A stretch of DNA of 21,774 bases from Candidatus Baldrarchaeum yapensis (GTDB lineage: Archaea > Asgardarchaeota > Baldrarchaeia > Baldrarchaeales > Baldrarchaeaceae): the NCBI GenBank assembly GCA_016840465.1, contig JAEOSH010000038.1, forward strand, positions 1 to 21,774. The letters run 5' to 3'. The notes below the pieces were generated by a model. That model made no database searches. It worked only from the letters and a program-made list of their open reading frames with translations, and was not told the origin of the DNA. Position numbers and translations under genes: made by a program. Below are positions 8,341 to 17,424 of this stretch, in pieces; position 1 is the stretch's first letter, and every line of letters begins with the position of its first letter.

Positions 8341-8347
8341 AAAAAAA
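8341..8347 (-). terminator. Putative oligo-T terminator of mpg
   Basis: T7 tract on the minus strand 23 nt after the mpg stop; archaeal intrinsic terminators are oligo-T. Confidence 0.35.
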
Positions 8348-8369
8348 CTTATAATTAATGTTTAAGGAC

Positions 8370-8957
8370 TTAGACTTTCTTAGAAACATATGGATTCCCT
8401 TTGATAAAAAATCTCCACGGCCAGTCCTTGGCCGCCCTCACACCTATTCTCCCGCTTCTGCCTATCTCGAAACTTTCCTTCCTTTCGGGTTTAACAACGT
8501 AGAGGGGTCCTCTCCTCGTCATATCGACACCATTGAGTTCCCTAGTTATGTTCATAGCCTCGGTCAACTTACCCGGCCCATTGGTCAGATCCACGAGCCT
8601 CCTAACTTTGCGGTACCTCATCATGACATTTACGCCGTTAATAGGTTCTAACGCCCGTATCAAAACCGCCGCCGGGACTCCCTCGGGCTCCGTCACTATG
8701 TTCAGGCAGTAGTTCTTTCCGTATATGAAGTAGACGTAGGCTCTTCCGGGAGGACCGAACATCACGGCGTTTCTCGGAGTCTTTCCCCTATATGCGTGGC
8801 TTGCCGGGTCCTGAAACCCCTTATACGCCTCGGTCTCGACAATTTTGCCAACCATTCTCTCCCCGGTTGGAAGTTCCCTCACCAAGTACATTCCCAGAAG
8901 TTCCCTAGCAACCACCAGCGTGTCCCGATTGTAGAAACTCCGAGGCAAGATCCTCAT
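8370..8957 (-). CDS. mpg: DNA-3-methyladenine glycosylase (MPG/AAG family)
   Basis: LPRSFYNRDTLVVARELLG, IVETEAY, D.ASHAY, MFGPPGRAYVYFIYG, AVLIRALEP, NGPGKL and RIGV..A.DWPWRF. Start set at ATG 8957 after GGAGGA. Confidence 0.95.
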   Translation of the reverse strand: MRILPRSFYNRDTLVVARELLGMYLVRELPTGERMVGKIVETEAYKGFQDPASHAYRGKTPRNAVMFGPPGRAYVYFIYGKNYCLNIVTEPEGVPAAVLIRALEPINGVNVMMRYRKVRRLVDLTNGPGKLTEAMNITRELNGVDMTRRGPLYVVKPERKESFEIGRSGRIGVRAAKDWPWRFFIKGNPYVSKKV

Positions 8958-9088
8958 CGACGATCCTCCGAACGCCAAATTGACCTGCCACTTGTAACAA
9001 CCCTCTAAGTAATGTTATTAGATCACGGAACTATCAACTTAAAGGCGGGCGGTGTAATTATAAATTAAGTGAGAACCCGACGAGACTG

Positions 9089-9598
9089 ATGACTATGGAT
9101 GAGGGCCCGGGTCTGAGAAAAGGCCTGGAGCACGTGCCGGAGAAGTTCAGGGACGCGGTTTCGGAGTTTTTAGAATTTTTGAAGGAGAAGTTTGGGGAAA
9201 AACTGGTATCCGTCGTGGTATATGGATCCGTTGCGCGGAGCACGTACAGGGAGGGGAGTGATGTCGACATCCTTGTGGTCTGCGAGAACTTCCCGGAAAG
9301 ACTTCTGGAGCGGATAGACCTGTTCGTGGACAAGAAGTTCGAGATCGCGGTCGAGAGGGGAGTGAGGATTTCCGTGATGCCCCTCTCCATGGAGGAGGCG
9401 AGATGCAACCAGCCAATATACCTCGACATGGCGTTCGAGGGGATCATACTCTACGATAAGAACGGATTCATTGAAAACGTGCTTAAGAACCTCAGGAGGA
9501 AACTTGAGGAGCTGGGCGCTGAAAGGGTAAGGTACGGGCGCTGGTACCTGTGGAAGCTAAAGCGGAACATCAAAGTGGGAGAGGTAATAAGGATATGA
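9089..9598 (+). CDS. Minimal nucleotidyltransferase (MNT) antitoxin
   Basis: YGSVARSTYREGSDVD is GSx10DxD; ATGA overlap with the downstream HEPN gene. Confidence 0.9.
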   Translation: MTMDEGPGLRKGLEHVPEKFRDAVSEFLEFLKEKFGEKLVSVVVYGSVARSTYREGSDVDILVVCENFPERLLERIDLFVDKKFEIAVERGVRISVMPLSMEEARCNQPIYLDMAFEGIILYDKNGFIENVLKNLRRKLEELGAERVRYGRWYLWKLKRNIKVGEVIRI

Positions 9599-10051
9599 TC
9601 TGTGATAAAGAGGCCGAATATCTGCTTAAAAAGGCAAAACGTGAGATTTTTACTGCGAGGAGAAATCTTGAGGACGGTCTTTATCCCGAGGCTGTTTATG
9701 ATGCTCAAAGGGCCGCTGAAAAGGCCATGAAAGCGGCGATAAGAATCACTGGACGGGAGTATCCAAGAAATCACGACCCATCTGGAGTATTTGGTGAAAT
9801 CATGCTTAAAGATCTGAAGAACGAACTGCCCAAAGAACTTCTCAAAAGTTACTAAATTGGGGCGTGCAATGAACAGGCTCGCCGATATGAGGTTTGTAGC
9901 AGAATATCCGATTGAGAAGGGCGACGAAGTAGTGCCGCCGTGGGAAGAAATAGGGAGAAAGGATGCGGAGGAGGCAATAAACGCAGCTGAAGAGATAATT
10001 TCATGGGTTGAGGACTTCATAAAATGGTGGAGAAAACGCGGCAAAAAGTAG
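9595..10051 (+). pseudogene. HEPN-domain protein split by a +1 frameshift
   Basis: The 5' part from ATG 9595 (YLLKKAKREIFTARRNLEDGLYPEAVYDAQRAAEKAMKA...YPRNHD) stops at 9855. The 3' part (KLGRAMNRLADMRFVAEYP...DAEEAINAAEEII) is in the next frame. Removing one A from the A4 run at 9844-9847 fuses them. Confidence 0.82.
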
Positions 10052-10347
10052 CTAGAAAGCTATTTGTCGAAAATCTTCGGAAAATCTGAATTGGTTAAGA
10101 ATATCAATCGATGCGATAGTGGCTTGGGGCCATTTTCAAGCTATTGCAAGTTGTACATTTTCTTGCGGGAGTCCTATTCTATGAGTGCATATCGCACGTC
10201 TGTGGCACATTGATGATGCCGTACTGCCCAGCGCTGGGTACATCGACCGCCCGTGTACTATTTTCTCCCGCGATCGTGCGATCTGCACTTTTTATCTCAA
10301 ACACCTTATTATAGACCGTCAGCGAAAAATTCCTTGAGGTGCGTCTC

Positions 10348-11286
10348 ATGAATTTGGAAAGGGTTCGAAAGGCCTTAGAAAAGTTGGGGCTTCCAGGTCG
10401 TGACCTCTACGAACTTCCCACGTCGGAGAAGAGGTTCCCCGACGGGTGTCATTATCGTATTGAGATATCCGGCGTCGAAAGGCCGAACGTTCTTGAGGCC
10501 GTGATAAAGGAGTCGGAAAAGCGTGATATGCCGGTGCACAGACTGATCAGTATGGTGATGGGCTCCACGCTCCTCAGCGAGAAGGAGTTGAGAGAGTTTG
10601 CGCAAATGGCGGCGGACGCCAAGATGGAGGTGATAGTAACCCCAGGACCCCGCCCAACATGGGATGTTGGAAGACAAATAATAACCTCTGAGGGCGCCCT
10701 CTCGGGGCTGAGGCATAGAGGAGCGGATCAACTCGCATACGTGATCGCTGACATAATGAGGGCCATAGACATAGGATTTCGGGGATTCCTCGTGACTGAT
10801 GAGGGCCTTCTGTGGGTACTAAACGAGTTAAAGAAGATGGGTGAAATTCCGAAGGACGTCGTGTTCAAGGTATCGATATTCGCCGGGCACGGAAACCCTG
10901 CGGGGGCAAAAGTTCTAGAGATGTTGGGTGCGTCCACATTCAACCCGGTGGGAGATCTAACCCTCCCGCAACTTGCGGCGATGAGAAAGGTGATCAATAT
11001 ACCCATGGACATACATGTGTACCTGTTCGACTCATTCGGAGGCTTCGTGAGGTTCTACGAGTGCCCCGAGATCATAAGGGTCGCCGCGCCGTGCTACTTC
11101 AAGATAGAGCCGGGTCCCAGCGTTGCAACACTGTACAAGCCGTGGGCAAACCCCGACCACCTGGCGTTCCTCGCTAGGGAGAAGGTGAAGTACGCGGAGA
11201 TCATAAGGGACATTGTTGAAAAGAACTACCCCGAGGCAAAACTCTCGGAAAGAGGTCCCTCCGATCTCGCAATTCCAAAACCATAA
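10348..11286 (+). CDS. Uncharacterised TIM-barrel protein, peptidase-U32-like family
   Basis: Clean 313-aa ORF with GAGGT before ATG 10348. Segments SEKRFPDG.HYRIEI, GFRGFLVTDEGLLWVL, FKVS...GHGNP, DLTLPQLAAMR...IPMDIH and GGFVRFYE.PEI resemble proteins usually labelled U32-like. Recognised from memory; function unknown. Confidence 0.6.
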   Translation: MNLERVRKALEKLGLPGRDLYELPTSEKRFPDGCHYRIEISGVERPNVLEAVIKESEKRDMPVHRLISMVMGSTLLSEKELREFAQMAADAKMEVIVTPGPRPTWDVGRQIITSEGALSGLRHRGADQLAYVIADIMRAIDIGFRGFLVTDEGLLWVLNELKKMGEIPKDVVFKVSIFAGHGNPAGAKVLEMLGASTFNPVGDLTLPQLAAMRKVINIPMDIHVYLFDSFGGFVRFYECPEIIRVAAPCYFKIEPGPSVATLYKPWANPDHLAFLAREKVKYAEIIRDIVEKNYPEAKLSERGPSDLAIPKP

Positions 11287-11301
11287 GGAAGATGGTGATG
11301 G

Positions 11302-12714
11302 ATGGCAAGGTTGCACGAAGTTAAAGGAATCCTTCCCGCCCTCGTTACACCTTTCAAAAAGGACGAAAGTATAGACGAACAGGCCCTCAGAGACCTGGTG
11401 AACTTCGTCATAGAGAAGGGAGTGCACGGAGTCGTTCCCGTGGGAACCACGGGTGAGTTCATGTACATGAAGCCGGAAGAGAGGGAAAAAGTGTTCAAAA
11501 TAGTGGTGGACGAGGTAAACGGAAGAGTTCCCGTAATAGCCGGATGCGGAGCCAGCGGAACCGATATTGCACTAGATCTCGTAAAGAGAGCGGAAGATAT
11601 TGGGGCGGACGCCGCACTCGTTGTTTCTCCATTTTACATTGCACCATGGGACAAGGGCGTATTCGAACACTTCCGCAGGATATGTTCGTCCACGGACCTG
11701 CCGATCGTCGTTTACAACATACCTCAGTGTACCGGATACTTCATAAGCGGAAAAGTGATCGAGGATCTGGCCGAATTCGAGAACGTCATAGCGCTCAAGG
11801 ATAGTAGTGGGAGCATTGCGTACATACTCGAGGTTATCGAGAGGACCGAAGGTAAGTTGAACGTACTGGTCGGGCATGACGAGATCGTAATGGCGGCCCT
11901 CATGGCGGGGGCTTCCGGGGCAATCCTCGCATCCGCAAACGTCATACCCGAAGTTTGGTGCCAGTTGTACGACGCCGTTCAACGAGGAGATATCACGAAG
12001 GCCCGGAAGCTTCAACTTGGTGCACAAAAGGTTGCAAGGATAATCACCAGATACGGCGGACCGGTGGCCGTTAAGGCCGCATTGGGAATGCGCGGCATCA
12101 AGGTTGGTAAGACCAGGAGGCCTTTGGTTAGCGGTGGGGTTCTTTCCTGGGAAGACAGGGAGGAGTTAAGGCTGGAGCTGGAGAAACTCGGAGTGCTGAA
12201 GCCCTCTTACGGAAGGGTTGAGGAGTTTCCAAAGGAGGAATTTTCCGATATTGGGCTTACCCCTGAAGTCATCGGAAAACACGGCATGCGAGTTGCCAAA
12301 TGTAGCGCAGGATCTGGAACCGAAGAGGTCATTCTAAGCGCGGTAGTCGGAACCCTAGAGAGCCCCATTTCTGAGGCGTTTGCCCTCGCGTTGTCACTAC
12401 CCAGAGAGGGGTATGAAGCACTGACCGCAATACTGGAACCGAACCTCATGGTACGGCCGGCAACGCTCATAGTTCCCGCAGTTAAAGTCGAAAATATGAG
12501 GCAGGCAAGCATGATTTACGGCCCTGTGCAGGCGGCTGTTGCCAAGGCAGTTGCGGACTCTTTAGAGGAAGGAACGATTCCTAAGGAGTTCGCGGAGACG
12601 GGACTGATGATAGTTAAGGTGAGAATACACCCGAACGCCTTGAATAGAAAGATGATCTACGGGAACACGTACGAGGCCATGCGGACCATAATTAAGGAAA
12701 TATGGGGAGGATGA
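11302..12714 (+). CDS. DapA/NAL-family class I aldolase fused to a C-terminal Fae (formaldehyde-activating enzyme) domain, subunit A
   Basis: Aldolase motifs GTTGEF, PFY, YNIP and LKDSSG. From ~12286 a Fae-like domain: [38 protein letters not shown]. Confidence 0.88.
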   Translation: MARLHEVKGILPALVTPFKKDESIDEQALRDLVNFVIEKGVHGVVPVGTTGEFMYMKPEEREKVFKIVVDEVNGRVPVIAGCGASGTDIALDLVKRAEDIGADAALVVSPFYIAPWDKGVFEHFRRICSSTDLPIVVYNIPQCTGYFISGKVIEDLAEFENVIALKDSSGSIAYILEVIERTEGKLNVLVGHDEIVMAALMAGASGAILASANVIPEVWCQLYDAVQRGDITKARKLQLGAQKVARIITRYGGPVAVKAALGMRGIKVGKTRRPLVSGGVLSWEDREELRLELEKLGVLKPSYGRVEEFPKEEFSDIGLTPEVIGKHGMRVAKCSAGSGTEEVILSAVVGTLESPISEAFALALSLPREGYEALTAILEPNLMVRPATLIVPAVKVENMRQASMIYGPVQAAVAKAVADSLEEGTIPKEFAETGLMIVKVRIHPNALNRKMIYGNTYEAMRTIIKEIWGG

Positions 12715-12720
12715 GTTGTT

Positions 12721-14190
12721 ATGAGCAAGAAGTTCTGGCCGAGAGGAGTAATACCGGCTCTGGTCACTCCATTTACGAAAGACGGCAAGATAGATGAGGA
12801 GTCCTTCAGGAGGCTAATCGATCACCTTATAGAGCAAGGGGTCACCGGAATAGTCCCCGCCGGAACGACCGGGGAGTTCATGTACATGAAGCCTGAGGAG
12901 CGCAAAAGGGTGATCGAAATAGCAGTGGAACAGGCGGACGGCAGGGTTCCCGTAATTGCTGGAACGGGGGCGGCATCAACAAAATTAGCGTTAGAATTTA
13001 CAAAACATGCCGAGGATGTTGGAGCGGATGCGGCACTGGTAGTAACTCCGTACTATGTGCGCCCGACCGATAAGGAGGTATATGAGCACTTCGAGAAAAT
13101 CGCAACATCCGTCGGCATACCCATTGTCATGTACAACATACCGCAGTGCACGGGGTTCATGATGCAGTGGTGGCTGGTGGAGGGACTCGCTGAAATAGAT
13201 AATATAGTGGGAATTAAGGACTCCAGCGGTGACATGCGCTTTCTGTGCTCGCTTTTCGAGAAGGTGGGCGGTAAGATTTCCATAATATGTGGGCATGATG
13301 AGATTGCCGCTGCAGCGCTATTGGCTGGTGCGGATGGTGTGATCCTCGCGAGTGCAAACGTTCTGCCCGACATATGGTTGAAGATCTACAATGACGTTAA
13401 GGAGGGGAGAATCGAAAGTGTTAGGAAGACCCAGCGCAGAATGCAAAAACTGCTCAGGATTCTGGTGAGGGGCGGCGCCCTTGCAATAAAAGAGGCACTC
13501 AGAATGATGAGCCTACCGAGCGGTTACCCCAGACTTCCACTAATTCTCGGTGACGTGTTCGGTTATGAGCATTGGGAGGAGATGAGGATAGAGCTGGAGG
13601 GCATCGGAAAGATTCCAAAGTCTGAGGTGACATTTGAGGTACGCGGAAAAACCATCAAGAGTATGGTGCCGGCAATTCCGGAGACTCCAAGAAAAATTTC
13701 GAATCTGACGTTTAGGGTGGGAGAAGGCTTCGCCGGCCCTCCGATATTCGAGGTTGCACATATAGACCTCATCCTGGGACTTAAGGACGGCCCAGTTGGT
13801 AGAGTGTGCGAAAAAATTCTAAAGCAACCGCAAAAGGGACACGAACCGAAAGTGGTGATGGAGCGCCCGTTCACGGTCTTGGTTCCAACTGTCACCGTGA
13901 GGACGGAGAGACACGCGAGATTGGTATACGAGCATGCCTTAAACGGCGTAAAAATGGGTGTGGAAGCGAGTATAAATGATGGATTTCTGCCGGAGCCGTT
14001 GCTTGACGATCTGGTGCTAATAGCAAATGTGTTTGTGCACCCGGTTGCATCTAATGCGAGAAGGGTCATGCTGAATAACTTTAAGGCCATGAGATATGCT
14101 ATCAGGAAAGCAATCGAGGGAAGACCGACAGCAGACGCGATATTCATGTACAAGGAGTCCGCACGTCACCCGTTCAGGTATACACCCTGA
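12721..14190 (+). CDS. DapA/NAL-family class I aldolase fused to a C-terminal Fae domain, subunit B
   Basis: Aldolase motifs GTTGEF, PYY, YNIP and IKDSSG. From ~13711 a Fae-like domain: VGEG..G...EVAHIDLILG.KDGPVG, NVFVHP, AIRKAIEG.P, RHPF. Confidence 0.9.
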   Translation: MSKKFWPRGVIPALVTPFTKDGKIDEESFRRLIDHLIEQGVTGIVPAGTTGEFMYMKPEERKRVIEIAVEQADGRVPVIAGTGAASTKLALEFTKHAEDVGADAALVVTPYYVRPTDKEVYEHFEKIATSVGIPIVMYNIPQCTGFMMQWWLVEGLAEIDNIVGIKDSSGDMRFLCSLFEKVGGKISIICGHDEIAAAALLAGADGVILASANVLPDIWLKIYNDVKEGRIESVRKTQRRMQKLLRILVRGGALAIKEALRMMSLPSGYPRLPLILGDVFGYEHWEEMRIELEGIGKIPKSEVTFEVRGKTIKSMVPAIPETPRKISNLTFRVGEGFAGPPIFEVAHIDLILGLKDGPVGRVCEKILKQPQKGHEPKVVMERPFTVLVPTVTVRTERHARLVYEHALNGVKMGVEASINDGFLPEPLLDDLVLIANVFVHPVASNARRVMLNNFKAMRYAIRKAIEGRPTADAIFMYKESARHPFRYTP

Positions 14191-14225
14191 TCGAAAAAAT
14201 GGTGGCCCGTAATCCGAAATGATAA

Positions 14226-14948
<723 letters not shown>

Positions 14949-14968
14949 AAAAGATGAGGTTTTGCTTA

Positions 14969-16798
14969 CTACTTTTTTCTTACAATTTTTGACATTGCAA
15001 TGTGAACCGTAGCGTTCAGTAGAAGGCCGAGCAACACCACAAGCGATGAGAACACCATCAGGTACGTTATCGATATCAGCACCGTGAAGAAACCAAACGC
15101 CAGGCTCCATTCGTCGTTCTCGGGGAAGTACCACCCCAACGTCGCGCCCCACTTGACGTAGAACCACCCGTAGACCAGAGCATTCACGATGATGATCAAT
15201 AGCAGGCCGAATAGCGATGCAAACAGGACCCTGTAAACTCTATCCTTCTCCCCGATTATGAACCTCGATGCAACACCTCCCACAACCCCGGAAACCACCG
15301 CACCTACTAACGTGAAGAGCATGATTCCGTCGTAAAACTGGTCCAGATCTTCGATTATGCTTATTGAGAAGTACCACCCTGCTCCGAAGAACGCCGACCA
15401 GAAGCCGACATAGAAGAGTGCAGCGAAGATCGCCGACGCAAATGTGACCCTCACATCGATCCTGTCCCTATAAAGGTAACATAACGCGATGATTGCCGAT
15501 AATATGACCATAATTATCGTCATCACAACCCTCTGGCGCTGCTCGATCTCCATCGCAAGTTTCAACTTCCTCATTCCCTCAAAGATCGTCGAGTACTTCT
15601 GCACAAGCTTGCTTGCTGCATTGTAGGCTTCCTGATACTTTCCGTTGAGGTAAAGCTGCTCCACGGCCTCGAGTTCGTGAGTCCCGTTAACTAAGGCGTT
15701 AACATACTCCTCCGGCATTTCCAAGATTCCAACGTTGAGTTGGTCGCTAAGCCAGGTCATCATGTTGTACTTTATCCTCGCAAGCGAGATCTCGTAAAGT
15801 GTCTTCCTCTGAACATCCTCCTCAAAGGCCTCGTAGAGAACCCTTCCCGTGGTCGCCGAGGGGAGCCTGAGCCCCAAGAAGTAGCAGATCGTCGGCGCAA
15901 TGTAGTCCTGATACACGTAATCGGATATCGTTACGTTCTTCCGAACCTTGGGACCGCTGAACACGAGAAGTATCTTACGTGCGACCTCCTCGGAACCCCC
16001 ATGCCCTCCCCTGTCTATATGTCCATGATCACTGAAGAGCACGATGAGGGCGTCGTTGTAGATTCCGGCATCCTTAAGCGCGTCTATTATCTTTCCGATG
16101 TACTGGTCCGTCTTCTCTATCGCCTTCTTGTACTGCTCGCTCACTCCACCGTACATGTGCCCGTACTCGTCAACCGTGCTGAAGTGTATCACCATGAACG
16201 TCGGTTTCACGTTCTTTATTATCTCAATAGACGTGTTGAAAACGGCCTCGTCCCACTCCTCGATTCCACCGTAGTCCTTGAGGGGTGGACCAACGTAATC
16301 CACGTACCTACCGAAGTATTGAGCGACGCCGGTATCCCCAATGTGCGCGGTCGTCCCATTGGCCTCCTTCACTATCCTGAAGATGTTGTCTATCTCCATT
16401 CCGCCGGGAAACTTCTGCCAGTTCGAAACCACTCCACTGATCGCGGGCCTCGTGCCCGTAAGTAGACACACAGTTCCGGGGTGGGAGAGCGAGGGAGTGT
16501 AGCAGAAAGCGTTGGAAAAGTATACGCCGTTCCCGAGGAGTTCATCCATGTTCGAAGTGTTCGCCTTCTTGACCATGTCGGGACGTGCGCCGTCTATGAA
16601 GATAACAATCACGTGGTTTCCGTAAGGTTGTGGTTTCTCCAAGAGCCCAGTAGTCGGCAACTTGCTGAAGTCCAAAACTGGCTCATAATCGGCCCAACTC
16701 AGGAAAACATCAACCGCACAGTAGTAGAATATCTGGAATGTCGCTGCGAACAACAAGGCAAAAGTTAGCACCAGCACCACGTACCTCGCTACCTTCAT
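14969..16798 (-). CDS. Membrane-anchored alkaline-phosphatase-superfamily (NPP/PIG-like) phosphotransferase
   Basis: Metal ligands IFIDGARPD, VDEYGH, SDHG and GGHGG; nucleophile segment PSLSHPG; one N-terminal and about 5-6 C-terminal hydrophobic helices. Confidence 0.85.
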   Translation of the reverse strand: MKVARYVVLVLTFALLFAATFQIFYYCAVDVFLSWADYEPVLDFSKLPTTGLLEKPQPYGNHVIVIFIDGARPDMVKKANTSNMDELLGNGVYFSNAFCYTPSLSHPGTVCLLTGTRPAISGVVSNWQKFPGGMEIDNIFRIVKEANGTTAHIGDTGVAQYFGRYVDYVGPPLKDYGGIEEWDEAVFNTSIEIIKNVKPTFMVIHFSTVDEYGHMYGGVSEQYKKAIEKTDQYIGKIIDALKDAGIYNDALIVLFSDHGHIDRGGHGGSEEVARKILLVFSGPKVRKNVTISDYVYQDYIAPTICYFLGLRLPSATTGRVLYEAFEEDVQRKTLYEISLARIKYNMMTWLSDQLNVGILEMPEEYVNALVNGTHELEAVEQLYLNGKYQEAYNAASKLVQKYSTIFEGMRKLKLAMEIEQRQRVVMTIIMVILSAIIALCYLYRDRIDVRVTFASAIFAALFYVGFWSAFFGAGWYFSISIIEDLDQFYDGIMLFTLVGAVVSGVVGGVASRFIIGEKDRVYRVLFASLFGLLLIIIVNALVYGWFYVKWGATLGWYFPENDEWSLAFGFFTVLISITYLMVFSSLVVLLGLLLNATVHIAMSKIVRKK

Positions 16799-17082
16799 AC
16801 AGAACCCCTCAAAACTTACTCCGGCAAACTCGATTTAAAACTTCTGAACATTTTTCAATTCGACAAGCGCCTAAAAGGTGCAAGTCGGAAGGATCGCCCC
16901 ATCGACCGCAAAGGATAAAATATCCGGACGTTTCGGGAGAATGAAGACCCACGTTTGGACGGGAGGTGTGAGATCTCCGAAATACTATCGGAAATATCAG
17001 CAGGGTCTTGCTACCCGCCGAAACATAGGTTTAAATTTAGATGCTGCGTGAAAATCTTATCAAAACAGTGCAGGTGGTCCCC

Positions 17083-17424
17083 GTGGGTGAGAAAGAGGAA
17101 CTTTTCGATGTCGAGGAGTTCTGGAAGTTCAAGATGCGGATCGGCTTTGTGAAAAGTGCAGAAAAAGTGCCAAAGTCCAGAAAGCTAATAAAGCTTACCG
17201 TGGACTTCGGAGATGAGGAAAGGACCATAGTTGCGGGCATCGGGGACCAGTACGAGCCCAAGGACCTGGAGGGCAAGAAGATGATATTCGTTGTGAACCT
17301 TAAACCCAAAAAGTTGATGGGCGTGGAGAGCCAGGGGATGCTGGTCGTCGCCGAGGACGAAGAGGGAAAGGTCTACCTGATAACCGCCGGGGACGAGGTT
17401 CCGGTGGGCTCCAAGGTCTGGTGA
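17083..17424 (+). CDS. tRNA-binding OB-fold protein (Trbp111/CsaA/MetRS C-terminal-like)
   Basis: FDVEEFWKF.MRIG, SRKLIKL.VDFG, VVNLKPKKLMGVESQGM, VPVGSKVW. Start set at GTG 17083 after AGGTGG (the ORF track starts at 17041). Confidence 0.9.
   Translation: MGEKEELFDVEEFWKFKMRIGFVKSAEKVPKSRKLIKLTVDFGDEERTIVAGIGDQYEPKDLEGKKMIFVVNLKPKKLMGVESQGMLVVAEDEEGKVYLITAGDEVPVGSKVW

Noticed and set aside
11302-14190. Annotation as lysine-pathway dapA duplicates
   Set aside because: Both lack the DapA Arg (QCTG instead of xRTG), carry Fae domains, and have no dapB/asd/lysC neighbours in the window.
15740-16465. 241-aa plus-strand ORF
   Set aside because: Antisense shadow of the phosphotransferase gene, with no recognisable motifs. 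The same applies to the other antisense ORFs in the track (e.g. 988-1365, 6164-6766, 9451-10044, 13563-14153, 17453-18070).
16800-17040. Small ORFs and a TCCGA-N7-TCGGA repeat between the phosphotransferase and tRNA-binding genes
   Set aside because: The ORFs lack coding character and the 5-bp arms are within chance expectation; treated as a divergent promoter spacer.
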